Source of the DNA: a virus
Taxonomy: Duplodnaviria > Caudoviricetes
IMG/VR virus record: IMGVR_UViG_3300033072_000326
Coordinates: 1-64,000 of that record
Reading direction: 5' to 3' (one strand)
Length of the DNA: 64,000 nucleotides
Part shown: piece by piece, positions 1 to 10,689 of the stretch
Layout of the letters: every line of letters begins with the position of its first letter
How positions within the stretch are numbered: position 1 is the stretch's first letter
The notes under the pieces: model-generated
The model's input: only the letters and a program-made list of their open reading frames with translations
What the model was told of the DNA's origin: nothing
The model's database searches: none
Translations under genes and position numbers: made by a program

Positions 1-277
1 TTGTCTGCTTGTATGCTTCAAAATAACACTCAAACTTCCTAAACTTATTGTAGATTTCACAAATACCCGTCTGAAATACTTTGTATCTTCCTCCAGCATA
101 AACGTGAACAACGATTTCTTCTTCTAGCTCGTCATTGCCAGTTTTCAATAGTCCACTAACACCTCTCCAGTGAATAGGAATTTTACACACAAACAATAGA
201 TTATCGTATTGTGTCGTATCTACACACCTAGCTTCATCACACGTCTCTTGCCACCATATTTTAATCTTCTCAAACAC
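1..277 (-). CDS. Hypothetical protein, 3' end runs off the window
   Basis: Manual translation from GTG at 277 (MFEKIKIWWQETCDEARC...), preceded by AGGAGAG; open to position 1. Confidence 0.5.
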   Translation of the reverse strand, partial: MFEKIKIWWQETCDEARCVDTTQYDNLLFVCKIPIHWRGVSGLLKTGNDELEEEIVVHVYAGGRYKVFQTGICEIYNKFRKFECYFEAYKQT

Positions 278-327
278 TTATTTCTCTCCTAAAATAATTA
301 CAAACAGCATGTTTTGTGTAAAAACAC

Positions 328-1375
328 TTATCTAATGTCGTCCCACATCTGAAACTCATATGTTAACGTCACAACTCCGTATTCTGACATGACATACACG
401 CTTGTGTCAACAACATCTGGCTCAGGGTCACGTAGACGAGCACGTAATGCTTTGTGTACACCATCCTCCCATGCGCCCTCTAGAATAACCCCAAGACAAA
501 TCCTGCTTCCGCTGATGATGTTCCAGAGAATGTAGCTGTCCTTGAAACACAGTGTCAGGTGGCCATCTCGTTTCAGTTCCATTGTTTGTTTCTTCCAACC
601 CCAACCCAACGATTGCATGGCCTCTACAAGAGGGAGAATGTCTCCTTTGTTTTTGTATGCAACAATACCAATACGCCCGTCAGCTTTGCCGCCGTCACGT
701 TTAGCTTTCTGCGTAATAAACGCTGCTTGATTTTTCATTCATTAATCTCCACAACAACAGAAACACCTGCTTTTGCAAGTTGTTCTTTCAGCCACCGAAT
801 AGCTTCTCGTTCACTCATCTCATGCACACCATCAGGTGCTGCATCCTCTTCATATTCTTGAGCGTAGACAGAAAGGTATGGCCCAACTTCCTCGTATTCA
901 GTTCCAAACCAACTGTGCCACTCAACTTCTTCCCCGTCAATTTCCAAACAATCAAAGTTGATGATATAGTTTCCACCACCAGAACAGCATCCATCACCAC
1001 ATGTCCACTCTTCTTCCCAATAGCCACTGAAATAATACGTTTTTATTGCTTCTCCTTCAACTTATTACACTTTTCAATAATATCTTCATCAACAGGTTCT
1101 GGAAATGTTAATATCTGTTTGAGCTTGTGTTCCACATCTGCGAAGTTGAGGGAAAAGATAATAACACCGTCTTTCAGCATAAGCATTTCCCACCATCTGA
1201 TGTCTTTACGCAATTCGTAGTACTTCGATCTGCCTTGTAGCTGGCATTGCCAAATGCTGTACTTCTCATGCTGGAACAACTTTGTCTCTGCGTAGTCTTT
1301 GTAGGTGTGTGTTTGCATAATATCTTTCATGTATTCGTCTACAATTTCATCACTCATATTTCCCCCTTTAAGCAA
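328..1375 (-). CDS. Three hypothetical early proteins (328-738, 735-947, 1043-1375)
   Basis: Tightly packed ORFs co-oriented with neighbours, with SD-like motifs; no recognisable domains. Confidence 0.6.
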
Positions 1376-1513
1376 ATGATGTCATAAGTATGATAACGGT
1401 GAGTGTAAATACCAACACCAGTCCCCCAGTCAAGAATAGCATCGCATAAATCGCAGCTCTGCCCAATTCATCTGCTCTTTCGTACTCTCGCTGCCAATAC
1501 TTGAAAAATGCAA

Positions 1514-1726
1514 TCATTTCTGCCTCTCCTCCTGCACTGCAAACAAGCCTCGGACAAGGTTTGCATTGTAATCCATATGACTCACTGTTTCAACCTCTGC
1601 TTTACAGTTGTTACAACGTAGACACATCAACCCTTCTGCAATCAATTGTACCCCTCGCACAACCAATGGTGCATCATAGTACACTTCCACCATGTAACCT
1701 GCACTACACCGTCTGCATTTCCTCAT
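1514..1726 (-). CDS. YgiT/MqsA-type zinc-finger protein (70 aa), stand-alone antitoxin N-domain-like
   Basis: ATG at 1726 after AAGGAGAGAAG. Sequence MRKCRRCSAGYMVEVYYDAPLVVRGVQLIAEGLMCLRCNNC has CxxC...CxxC spacing and G-x-MV, D-x-P, RG, G residues like the MqsA N-terminal domain. Confidence 0.7.
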   Translation of the reverse strand: MRKCRRCSAGYMVEVYYDAPLVVRGVQLIAEGLMCLRCNNCKAEVETVSHMDYNANLVRGLFAVQEERQK

Positions 1727-1892
1727 TTCTTCTCTCCTTGTAAAATACACATACAAAAGCATGTGCAAATAGCGATTGCTGGCACAGAAACACCCCTTAG
1801 AGCGACGATTGGCCTGTTTGGCTCCGGTTATGCGTCACAGCTTTAAATTGACGCGTTTAAACGCTGTTTCTGCGGCTTCTAAGATAGTGTGC

Positions 1893-1921
1893 ATATTAAC
1901 ACATGTGCTCTCTGTTGTCAA
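1893..1921 (-). promoter_or_regulatory. sigma70-type promoter
   Basis: TTGACA-17 nt-TAATAT on the minus strand, upstream of the MqsA-like gene. Confidence 0.7.
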
Positions 1922-1923
1922 CA

Positions 1924-2388
1924 CTAAAGTTGGTACACAACGGATTGGTAGTGGGTGGAGTTGTCCTCGATAATCGACGAGATGATGTTCCAATCACCAT
2001 TAGCCAGTCCAGCACCAATCATCGGCATCACCACCTCAAACTGTCTGCCATGTTTACCACATCTCTCATTCAGGTTTTTGAAGCACTTCTCAACAGCTTC
2101 ATAACTAACATACACAACATTCTTATCCCTTCCATAAAACTCTTGTGTGAGCATATTGCAAACGACAATGTTTCCACGTCTACTATACACAACATCTCCA
2201 AGAGAGAAATCGGACGAGAAGTATTTTTCTCGGTAGTCTTCGTAAGCCCAAGGAAATTGTTTCTTTATGTGTAGGGCAACACCACTGCCCATCACGCCCT
2301 GCATGTTACACCCGTGGGCAAAAATCTTCAAGCTGTTCTCTGGGAATTGATGGGTGAACATGTCACCTTTTCTATATTTGATTTTCAT
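1924..2388 (-). CDS. Macrodomain (Appr-1-p processing / ADP-ribosylhydrolase-like) protein
   Basis: KGDMF...AHGCNMQGVMGSGVALHIKKQFP...MPMIGAGLANGDW are macrodomain hallmark motifs. Likely start is ATG 2388. Confidence 0.9.
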   Translation of the reverse strand: MKIKYRKGDMFTHQFPENSLKIFAHGCNMQGVMGSGVALHIKKQFPWAYEDYREKYFSSDFSLGDVVYSRRGNIVVCNMLTQEFYGRDKNVVYVSYEAVEKCFKNLNERCGKHGRQFEVVMPMIGAGLANGDWNIISSIIEDNSTHYQSVVYQL

Positions 2389-2460
2389 TTTCTTCTCCTG
2401 TAAAGCAAAAAGACACACAACGCCAGTATAGGAGATGTGTGCCAATGTATCAACTAATTT

Positions 2461-2631
2461 TTACAGAAAAGTCTCTTCACCGAGAACATGTGTCCAGATG
2501 CGAGTGTCTTCATCCCAATTGCCTAGGAAACCTAGTGGATTGATTCGATAAACTTCGTCGTCATCCACACGGGCATATGGTTTGCCGTTCAGATAGATAA
2601 TATCACCTTGTTTTGTGTATTGATCTTTCAT
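2461..2631 (-). CDS. Hypothetical protein (56 aa)
   Basis: ATG 2631 with AGGAGAA SD, abutting the clpP stop. Confidence 0.55.
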   Translation of the reverse strand: MKDQYTKQGDIIYLNGKPYARVDDDEVYRINPLGFLGNWDEDTRIWTHVLGEETFL

Positions 2632-2632
2632 T

Positions 2633-3373
2633 TCATTCTCCTTGTTGTGCTTCTGGTTTCTTACGACTACGTTTTGCGTATGGGGGAGGAACGCTACGCT
2701 TATCTTCTTGTGGGGCAAGCGATGAGGCTTGTTGTTCTGCTTCTTCTTGCTGTTCGTCAACGTCACATTGCCCACACTCACAACCTTGTTCCATCTCAGC
2801 AGCAAGAAGCTCATTGCGTTTCACGAAACGATCTACAAACTCTTCACTGGTGAGCCAGAAGTCACGTCCATTGATTAGCTGCTCAATCTCTTCGTCAGAC
2901 AGGAATAGTCGGTAGTGTTTACGGAATGTATTCTCCATGTATTTAATACCGAACGTAGATGCTGCTCGGAATTCTGCAAGTGTACCGCTTTCACCCAAAC
3001 TGCCACAATGCAGCATCACCATTGCATCTTCACTCAGTTCAAAATAAGTGCCAGCAAGGAGGATTAGGCTTCCTGCAGAAGCAATCAATCCGCTGCCAAT
3101 TACACCCACTTCAACACCACGCTCTTGTGCCCGTTTGATTTCAAACAGAAGCGTATCTGTTGCCAACAAACTACCACCAACAGAGGATAGGTTGATGCGA
3201 ACAATGTCGTCCTGTTGTGCAGCATTCAGCACTTCAATAACACTCAAGAAATCATTGCTGTCCTCAATTGCACCGAAAAGATACGCAGTGTATTCGTTGA
3301 TGATGTGTTGTTTGTGTGTAACAGCAAACGGCATATTGTTTGGTTGTACGTCCATACCAGATTTGAATTTCAT
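2633..3373 (-). CDS. clpP: ClpP-like protease proteolytic subunit
   Basis: INLSSVGG, IASAGS (catalytic Ser), VMLH (His), GRDFWLT (Asp). Confidence 0.85.
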   Translation of the reverse strand: MKFKSGMDVQPNNMPFAVTHKQHIINEYTAYLFGAIEDSNDFLSVIEVLNAAQQDDIVRINLSSVGGSLLATDTLLFEIKRAQERGVEVGVIGSGLIASAGSLILLAGTYFELSEDAMVMLHCGSLGESGTLAEFRAASTFGIKYMENTFRKHYRLFLSDEEIEQLINGRDFWLTSEEFVDRFVKRNELLAAEMEQGCECGQCDVDEQQEEAEQQASSLAPQEDKRSVPPPYAKRSRKKPEAQQGE

Positions 3374-4357
3374 TTAGTTCTCCTTATTTGCATAGTTTAG
3401 CAGGTTTGTGTATACACGCTCATCCAAGAGGTGTTTGAACTTTTCTGCAATCTCAGATACACGTTCTTTCTTTGCTTTTGTATATGCCGCAACAGCTTCC
3501 TCAACAGTATCATATTGACCTAGGTACGACTGCTTTAATTTCCCACCTTTAGTCAACTCCCCTCGTTGTATTTGCGCGATATATTTGCACTTGTCTTTGC
3601 AGAAGTGTATACCAACAGGTAGGTCATTATCACTAAGAGACTTATTACTACCAGTAAACAGTGAATTGACTTCCACGGGTACTAAGGTACAAAAAGAAGG
3701 CCCATAAACCCTGTTACCTTCCACAAGAAGGTCTTTGTCAACATGTAGCCCCTTACCTACATGAGGTTGTGAGTAGTACCATTCGGCAAAAACCTGAAAA
3801 TTATGCCATGCGGAATCCACCGTACAATCTTTGTAGGAGGTGCTACCTTGCTTCTCTCGCCATCCAGTGTTGTAGCACCTTTTCATGATACCTAGCCACA
3901 CCTCGTAAGCCTCTGAGTTTTTGCCAGATGAGTCCCGCGAAGGGTATGGTCCAACACCAAAATAGCCTACACCAGATGCTTTTGGACTAAAAGGGTCACG
4001 AATCGAACCCAACCTTACTGACTTAAGATCAGTTGTTGTTTCGTAACCGGTTGCAGTAAACCTTACCTTTACGCGAACACTGGATATGTATTCTAGTACA
4101 GTAAAATCCCCACATTGAACACTTTGCATTGTGCTACCAACCAATTCCTTTCTGATGCGTACTGAATCGCAGCTCCCGCAAGACTTGGAGTTTCCACTTC
4201 GAAGATTGGCAACAGGTACAACAAGCTCATTGCCACAATCACAAACTACCTTCCATTGTCGGCCTTTACTTCTGCCATTTACAATAAGACTCCCAGCCGG
4301 CTCTACGACTAGGAGGCTACCGAACTTTTTACCAGTAAGGTTTACTACAGCCCCCAT
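3374..4357 (-). CDS. Free-standing HNH-type homing endonuclease (modular)
   Basis: N-terminal TGKKFGSLLV...CDCG...SKSCG module. C-terminal W..IMKRCY...WHNFQVFAEW...VDKDLL...CTLVP module followed by an AP2-like YLGQYDTVEEA. Confidence 0.8.
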   Translation of the reverse strand: MGAVVNLTGKKFGSLLVVEPAGSLIVNGRSKGRQWKVVCDCGNELVVPVANLRSGNSKSCGSCDSVRIRKELVGSTMQSVQCGDFTVLEYISSVRVKVRFTATGYETTTDLKSVRLGSIRDPFSPKASGVGYFGVGPYPSRDSSGKNSEAYEVWLGIMKRCYNTGWREKQGSTSYKDCTVDSAWHNFQVFAEWYYSQPHVGKGLHVDKDLLVEGNRVYGPSFCTLVPVEVNSLFTGSNKSLSDNDLPVGIHFCKDKCKYIAQIQRGELTKGGKLKQSYLGQYDTVEEAVAAYTKAKKERVSEIAEKFKHLLDERVYTNLLNYANKEN

Positions 4358-4365
4358 GCGTCCTC

Positions 4366-5205
4366 CTATTTGTGGTAATACAGTTTTGCCAAAGCACGAG
4401 TAATGTCGTCACGCTGAATGTCATCGAACGTAAATTCCACTACACCTACGTTATTGTACAGCTCAGACAAGTCCTGTTGATCGAGATATTCTGGTTGTTC
4501 TCGCACAGCATTCTCAAGCATCGTGATGGTTTTACGCAAGCCACTCTGTTCAGAGATGTGCGCTTGACGTTCATCACCTGTACTAATCAGGCAAGCATTT
4601 TGACCAACTCGTGTCAGCACCATCTCATACTGATCTTCAGTCAGACCTTGGCACTCTTCCAGAATTACGACACAGTTTTCAAAAGAATAGCCACGAAGGT
4701 ATTCAATACTTGCCAACTCGATAATCTTCTTGTCTAGACAATACTTAGTGAAACCCTTTCCCAGAAACTTCTCTAGGTGGCAGATTGTCTGTCCGAACAA
4801 AATCAGAAGCTTGGCGTGCAAATCCCCCGGTACAGCGCCATGACTCTTGCCACAAGACACGTTAGGACGTAGCAAAAACACTTTCTCTGTTTTACGTTCT
4901 TTAAGCATTTGTGCTGCATGATAGGCTGCAACGATCGATTTACCTGCCCCTACTGCGCCGATCCCCCAGATTAGTTTACGCCCTTCCCGCATGTAACGTA
5001 GGAAGCGTTTCTGATTATCAGATCGTGGATGGAACTCCATGCCTTTTTCCGGCATGTAGATTTCTTCTACAGCAAACTTCTCTTTGTGCGTAGCTGGAAT
5101 GCCGTTCTCCAGTTTAGCAGCTCGTGTCTTGCGAGCTTTACGTGCCTTACGTGGACGAACGATAGATTCGTCAATACCCATTTCAATCTCTTCTTCATAT
5201 GTCAT
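4366..5205 (-). CDS. phoH: PhoH-family ATPase
   Basis: Walker A GAVGAGKS, YLRGYSF, ILEECQ, GDERQ. Likely start is ATG 5205. Confidence 0.9.
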   Translation of the reverse strand: MTYEEEIEMGIDESIVRPRKARKARKTRAAKLENGIPATHKEKFAVEEIYMPEKGMEFHPRSDNQKRFLRYMREGRKLIWGIGAVGAGKSIVAAYHAAQMLKERKTEKVFLLRPNVSCGKSHGAVPGDLHAKLLILFGQTICHLEKFLGKGFTKYCLDKKIIELASIEYLRGYSFENCVVILEECQGLTEDQYEMVLTRVGQNACLISTGDERQAHISEQSGLRKTITMLENAVREQPEYLDQQDLSELYNNVGVVEFTFDDIQRDDITRALAKLYYHK

Positions 5206-5251
5206 TTGTTTCTCCTTTTGTTTTAGACAGCAAATAAGTGCCAACGTTTTG

Positions 5252-8200
5252 CTATTTACTTTCAATGTCATATTTGAAGTCAAAGTCAAAGACACCTGAT
5301 GCTTTCTCTACTGTTTCAGTATACGCCTTCTCGGCACACTTTTGTATTGCTGCGATATGTCTACAGAATAAATCCTGCTCGCTTTCAGGCCAGTCATAGA
5401 AACCTTTTGGTTTCTTTACTTCAACACTGATATAAGATTTAAAACTCATTCGTATTCTCCTTACTTCTTAACAGGCTTTGGCAAAAGTGGAACTTGTTTC
5501 ATATATTTCACCCCGCTATTTAGCATTTTTACTTGTCACTGGTAAGAGTGCAAATTCTACGTCAAAGTTTGGATTGAAAATATCAACTCTACCACACCCG
5601 TATTTACTGATTGCCCACACTAATTTATTCCTTGGGGCAGGGTTTTCAGGTGTGGGTTTGATGGTGTGGTACGGATGCTCTAGGTGTTTTGTTGTTGCAT
5701 GAAATACTTTAAATTCCATTTTCTTCTCCTCAAGAAATAGGCTGCCAATGAGACAGCCCTTGTTTTATGTTACATTAGGCATAACATACAGTTTAGCATC
5801 TTTGCCTGTATTCTCTTTAAATGCAGCCTTAAACGAAGGGATAAAAGCAATATCTTCGTCAGTTATTTCATTAAAAGTGTAATAGCCTTGGGCTACAACA
5901 AATCCAACCACACTATCAGAGTAGTCTGCATCGTAGTAAGGGCTGATACGGTCAAAAACACCTTCGTAGTTTTCGTAAAAGTCGCTACTGTCTTCACACA
6001 CCTCATCGAATGGCAAGCCGACAACAAGAACACCACTAATACTCATACCCATGTTATTTCTCCTCAGCAGCTTTACGACGTGGCGGAATACGTTTTGTTT
6101 GTTGTGCCTGCTCCAACACTTCTGGAGCAAACTCTGGTGTATTTGTATCTGGCTTCACAAGAGTCACAGCATACATATTACCGAAGTTATGTGCTGTGTG
6201 TGCTACATTTTCATTATCAAGCTCCCAGCCTTCTTTTGTCATACGGACAATTTCTTCTGTAAATTGTGCCAGAGAGGGTGTTGCAATTTGAAATGTTTGT
6301 TTCATATCAATTCTCCTTAGTCTGTTTCAGTGTTTGTGTATATTAACACATTTCCTATTTGTTGTCAATCAATTTATATGCATTTGCTTTAACATATTCT
6401 GACATGTGTTCTTTGAACAACACAACAGACATAGCTTTAGCAAATGTCATTGCGTGAATAATGGAATGCATTACAAGTCGTCCTCCGTTTCTAGTTGTTT
6501 ACGATAGGCTTCAAGCTGTTCCTCATATTCTTCAATGAATAAGATGTCTTGTTGAATATAATCTAGAATGTTCTGCATTGTCAACATGTGTTTATATGCA
6601 TGACTATCTTCTTCCAGCTCAAAATCATCAATAATGCTTTGTGTACTTGCAATACTTTCTTCCAAAGCCTCTGCATATTGTTTAAGCTGAGACAACGATG
6701 TGTTGATGTATTTAGTGGGCATTTATTTCTCCTTGTCTCTCACTGTATTCATAATCCACTCTTGAACGTCTGTATCATCAAAACATTTATCATACATCCA
6801 TTCAATGTGCGGTATCATACGTTCTAGCTTTTTCAAGCATCCGCCTTTACTCTTGTATGTACAACGTAAAAGTCGAGCCTCAGTCATAACTATATTACCA
6901 ATACCTTGAAAATTTACATTGACTTGATTAAATTTCTTTTTGGTTATAAACGCTTTTGTTATATAAAACCACCAATAACCTGTAACTGTATATTGAGGAG
7001 GGCAACAATTCAATATCCATCTTGTCTGTCCTTGCCTTACTTTCTTAGGCATTTTTCTCTCCTTTGTATATGAGTGTGACACCAAAAACTTCCACCTGAA
7101 TTCTACCACCCATCTTCACAAGATTACCATTTGTGTAAGGGAGCAGTGTTGGATGAGAGACAATTCCAACAAAATCTTTACGATTTAATACCACCTGATC
7201 TACACCTACTACAAACAAATCAATCAAATATGTTGGATAGGGATAACGCGTGTAATCATACATCACCTGTCCGGTGGAGCTGCTGATTGTTAAGTATTTT
7301 ACAGCCTCTTCGTTAGTCATGCTGTTCCTCCTCCAAAGAAAAATCCAATAGGTTTGTGGCATCGCCGTACATGGCACAAATCATCTCTTCATGACAAGAA
7401 CGAATGTTCTCAAGCCATTTAAGCATTTCTGTTTCTGTCTTTTGTTGTTTGTGCAGCTCTTTCAGACGACCTTTGACATATTCAACAAATTCCATACTCC
7501 TCTCATACGCGAACTTATCATTCTTGTTATAAGCTAATGTTGCATTGTCTTTACTCTTTTCCAGCAGATTTACATCCATTGAGATAAAACGCTTACGCTT
7601 CTCAATAGAGCTTTGCAGGTGGCGAATAAATTTCTCTACGTGTTTCATTACATAATCCTTTCAATCATTTTGACATTTTCAGAGCGGTCAGACAGAACAA
7701 ATTCTGTGGCTTCATAGCTTGTCTCAAAGAACACGAGCCACTGCTCAAATATTTCAACAGCATTTGAACTTGTGCGTCTTTCTTGGTCTTCAATATCAAC
7801 CCACCAATCTTCGTCCACTTGCTTTACAATGCGAAGTTCATTTTGCCAGTTTCGCCATACAAAATAGCTCATTATTTCTTTCTCCCTTTAATAGAAAACT
7901 TCTCAAGCTTACTTGAAAGTAGTATTGCAATGCCATTACCCATAGCTGAAATATTTAAGACAGGGATTAGTGCCAAAAGAATGAGATTGACAATTACATG
8001 TCCCGTAATATTCTCACCAATCCACCAATTCCCTACTAGAACGCCGACATTCCAAACCAAACACACTGCACATGAAACTAAATAGGCAATACCAAGGTTG
8101 TTGAGATATGTTGCAAATTCTTCCATTACGTCTCCTCCACAAATTTAGACAGGAATGCAATTATAGCAAAAGCTGCCTCTTTGTCAATATCAATTGTTTC

Positions 8201-8759
8201 ATCTGGGTAGTGATCGAACATATTAATCAGTTCACAATCTACCTTCCCATTCCAATGTGTAATTTCTAGCTTGCAACTGTGAGATAGCTCTAGTGTCTCG
8301 ACTTTTGGCGGTGTGTAGTTATTCATTTTCCTCTTCTTATTCAATAGTGTTGCACTGTTCCACACTCATATCCCTACGAGCACGGGCTACAACCATTTCA
8401 TCTCCTTGTTTAAAGCCAAAATTCTTTGCAGCTTCTCCAACAACAAGATTGATGTTGATAATTTCAGAATACACAGAATAGGCTATGGCAATTGTCCTAC
8501 CATCAGCGTTACGTGCTTTAGCCAACGACAGAATGTGATTTGTGTCGTTGTCTTTCCCTTTCAAATAAGCATCAAAGCCAAGCTGTGTTCCGTTAAGACA
8601 TTGCTGTTTTGTTGTAGGAGCATATAACATTTCTTTCTGTGTGTCAAGCTTTTCTTTAGCCTCTTGTAGTTGTGAATATAAAACACCACTGCCAATGATG
8701 GAGACACAAGACAGTGTAACACAACCAACAAGCAGTGTGTCAATTAGTTTCTTGTTCAT
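5252..8759 (-). CDS. Cluster of small hypothetical proteins (5252-5449, 5516-5719, 5765-6130, 6054-6305, 6471-6722, 6723-7109, 7045-7377, 7313-7648, 7648-7872, 7872-8126 membrane, 8126-8365, 8337-8759 N-terminal TM)
   Basis: Contiguous or overlapping minus-strand ORFs, most with AGGAG(A) SD; no recognisable catalytic motifs. Confidence 0.6.
6340..6368 (-). promoter_or_regulatory. sigma70-type promoter
   Basis: TTGACA-17 nt-TAATAT. Confidence 0.7.
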
Positions 8760-8770
8760 TTTTCAACCTC

Positions 8771-9397
8771 CTAAGCGTATGGGTCTACACTGATTTCAAC
8801 TTCTGCCCCAATTATAGCATTTTGCACAGATTCGTCAAATAGTTTTCTACCAGATCGTTTGTGAAACAAGAACTCGCCTGAACTGTCCTTGTACGAATAT
8901 GTCACAGACAACACTTTACCTTTTTCTGTAAGCTTACCACTGATCTTGAAATACACGCGTTTTGTACCGCAACTCACCAACAGTGTAAAACCATTCTCGT
9001 CGCACATCTTACGAATCTTACGGTAGAGCGTTGTAACCCTCTCGCACAACACCAAGTTGATAGCTTCTTTTGGGGCTATATCCACAACGCCTGTCAACTC
9101 ACCTTCTGGAATTGCCTTGTTCAAAACAGGTTTGTGCTTGTTAATCAACTGCAACTCATACAAGTCCATGTCAACACGTGAATTCATCACTTCAATCTTC
9201 ATGCTGTCAGCAAACAGCCACTTGTCAAGGTTTAGATGTGTGTTCAATCTTGTCCAAATGGAATTTGTTTTACCTACATATACAGGCACACCAGCACTGA
9301 AGAAAGTGTAAACACAAGGTGCATGTTTGTCAACACACTTGAGTTTGCACAGATCATTCCACGACGCATAATTGAGGATTGGAAAAGCTAGTTTCAT
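8771..9397 (-). CDS. GIY-YIG nuclease-family protein
   Basis: CVYTF...VYVGKT...RLNTH...E...INKHKPVLN pattern. Confidence 0.75.
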   Translation of the reverse strand: MKLAFPILNYASWNDLCKLKCVDKHAPCVYTFFSAGVPVYVGKTNSIWTRLNTHLNLDKWLFADSMKIEVMNSRVDMDLYELQLINKHKPVLNKAIPEGELTGVVDIAPKEAINLVLCERVTTLYRKIRKMCDENGFTLLVSCGTKRVYFKISGKLTEKGKVLSVTYSYKDSSGEFLFHKRSGRKLFDESVQNAIIGAEVEISVDPYA

Positions 9398-9405
9398 GTT
9401 GTCTC

Positions 9406-9888
9406 CTAAAATGGTAAATCTGGGTCTTCATCAAGGTTATATTGTGGTTTTGTCTCCACAACAGTTTTCTTTGTTTTGTGTTTACTCCTGTCCTCAACTT
9501 CTGACAGCATGAATTCAATGTGAGACTTTGGCATGTCCTTATTGAACACAAACTCAAACAAACTGTCGTCAGTTAAATCTAGCACTTCGTAAGAGTTACT
9601 TACAATAAAGCCTGTCATTTTCTTTTGTTTCTTAATCAAGATGCCAGCCTTGCTCAGCTTGGACACAAACTTTTCCACAGCCGACACAGAAACATCGCAA
9701 CGCATTGCAATATCTGCTTGATTATGGAAAAACTCGTTCCCTTGCTCTTTCAAGTGAGCATACTGCGAGTAGCACCAGTTGTAAAGTGCTTTGTCAACAA
9801 GAGATAGTGGTATGGTTTCACCTGTGCTCTTAACAATCACCGCTTGTGCTGCTGCCAGAGCGTAGCTGGCTCTCATGAATGGTTTCAT
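9406..9888 (-). CDS. Winged-HTH DNA-binding protein, replication-initiator-like
   Basis: FFHNQADIAMRCDVSVSAVEKFVSKLSKAGIL...SNSYEV resembles the HTH_36/DnaD/lambda-O-like N-terminal wHTH; acidic tail DEDPDLPF. Confidence 0.65.
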   Translation of the reverse strand: MKPFMRASYALAAAQAVIVKSTGETIPLSLVDKALYNWCYSQYAHLKEQGNEFFHNQADIAMRCDVSVSAVEKFVSKLSKAGILIKKQKKMTGFIVSNSYEVLDLTDDSLFEFVFNKDMPKSHIEFMLSEVEDRSKHKTKKTVVETKPQYNLDEDPDLPF

Positions 9889-10021
9889 TTACGTTTCCTG
9901 TAGTTTCTTTCAGTGTAAACAGTGCTTTCACAACAAAAGCCTCTCGGCTCCTGTCCCCACGTTGTTCATCTACCCATGCAAGTAGATGGCGTGGCAATAC
10001 AATCCGCATTCCGTTAGTCAT
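9830..10021 (-). CDS. Ribbon-helix-helix (CopG/Arc-like) protein
   Basis: MRIVLPRHLLAWVDEQRGDRSREAFVVKAL fits the beta-helix-helix RHH pattern. Confidence 0.6.
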   Translation of the reverse strand: MTNGMRIVLPRHLLAWVDEQRGDRSREAFVVKALFTLKETTGNVNETIHESQLRSGSSTSGDC

Positions 10022-10238
10022 TTTCTAGGTCACTCATTCGTTGTTGAACTTTCTCAAGTTTAACACACTCACGAGCCATGTCAATCTTTTTTACAACTTC
10101 TTTGTGTCCACGTTGTTTGTGGTATTGACGCATCCGGCTGATCTGCCCTGTTGGGCATTTCTTGACGTGCTCAATCATCTGCTCAAGTGAGCAATTGTTG
10201 TAATCAAACATGTGTTTCCTTTCATTCAGTTTGTACAT
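10014..10238 (-). CDS. Hypothetical protein
   Basis: First ORF after the 10241-10269 promoter. Confidence 0.55.
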   Translation of the reverse strand: MYKLNERKHMFDYNNCSLEQMIEHVKKCPTGQISRMRQYHKQRGHKEVVKKIDMARECVKLEKVQQRMSDLEND

Positions 10239-10240
10239 CC

Positions 10241-10269
10241 ATTATAGCATAGAAAGTACAGTTTGTCAA
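10241..10269 (-). promoter_or_regulatory. Consensus sigma70 promoter driving the left arm
   Basis: TTGACA-17 nt (ending TGC)-TATAAT. Confidence 0.9.
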
Positions 10270-10302
10270 GTAGTGCTATAATATTATATTATAGGTGAAC
10301 AT

Positions 10303-10605
10303 CATCCGTACTAGAAAAGGTGGTACATCCGTACGCTATATGGCGGTTACGTCCGTATGAGAAAAGGACAGCATCCGTATGGAGTATGGCCTAGAGAGAA
10401 CAACACATATATTAAAGAAGATAGAACAATACTTAGAAAGAACGCCCTCACTGACGTAAGGGCTAAGACACACAAAACCAAACGTCTGTTCTTTTTGTCT
10501 TTTATTTGTTTGTTGTGCAAAACAAGCGATAGCGCGTTAGCTTATTTTTGTGTGCAAAGCGAAGCTTAGACAGATACATGTAGCACCCGTATAGCGTACG
10601 GATGT
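10303..10605. repeat. Iteron-like CATCCGTA repeats; candidate replication origin
   Basis: CATCCGTAC 10303, CATCCGTACGCTA 10326, CGTCCGTAT 10350, CATCCGTAT 10372 and CACCCGTAT 10584. 10591-10605 is an exact 15-bp inverted copy of 10325-10339. AT-rich 10277-10293. Confidence 0.6.
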
Positions 10606-10689
10606 GTGTTCTTCATAGTACAACATGTCTGATGAGACGTGGCTAACATAACAAAGAAATTATATTTTCAACTACACCAATCAACTGTC

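Noticed and set aside
1833-1873. Two mutually exclusive hairpins in the leader of the MqsA-like gene
   Set aside because: Short stems built partly on a TTTAAA palindrome; no second copy or covariation, so chance cannot be excluded.
10357-10569. 70-aa + strand ORF across the iteron region
   Set aside because: No SD or upstream promoter. It reads like the iteron-encoded linker of Rep genes, but the upstream frame is broken by a stop, so it is treated as non-coding origin DNA.
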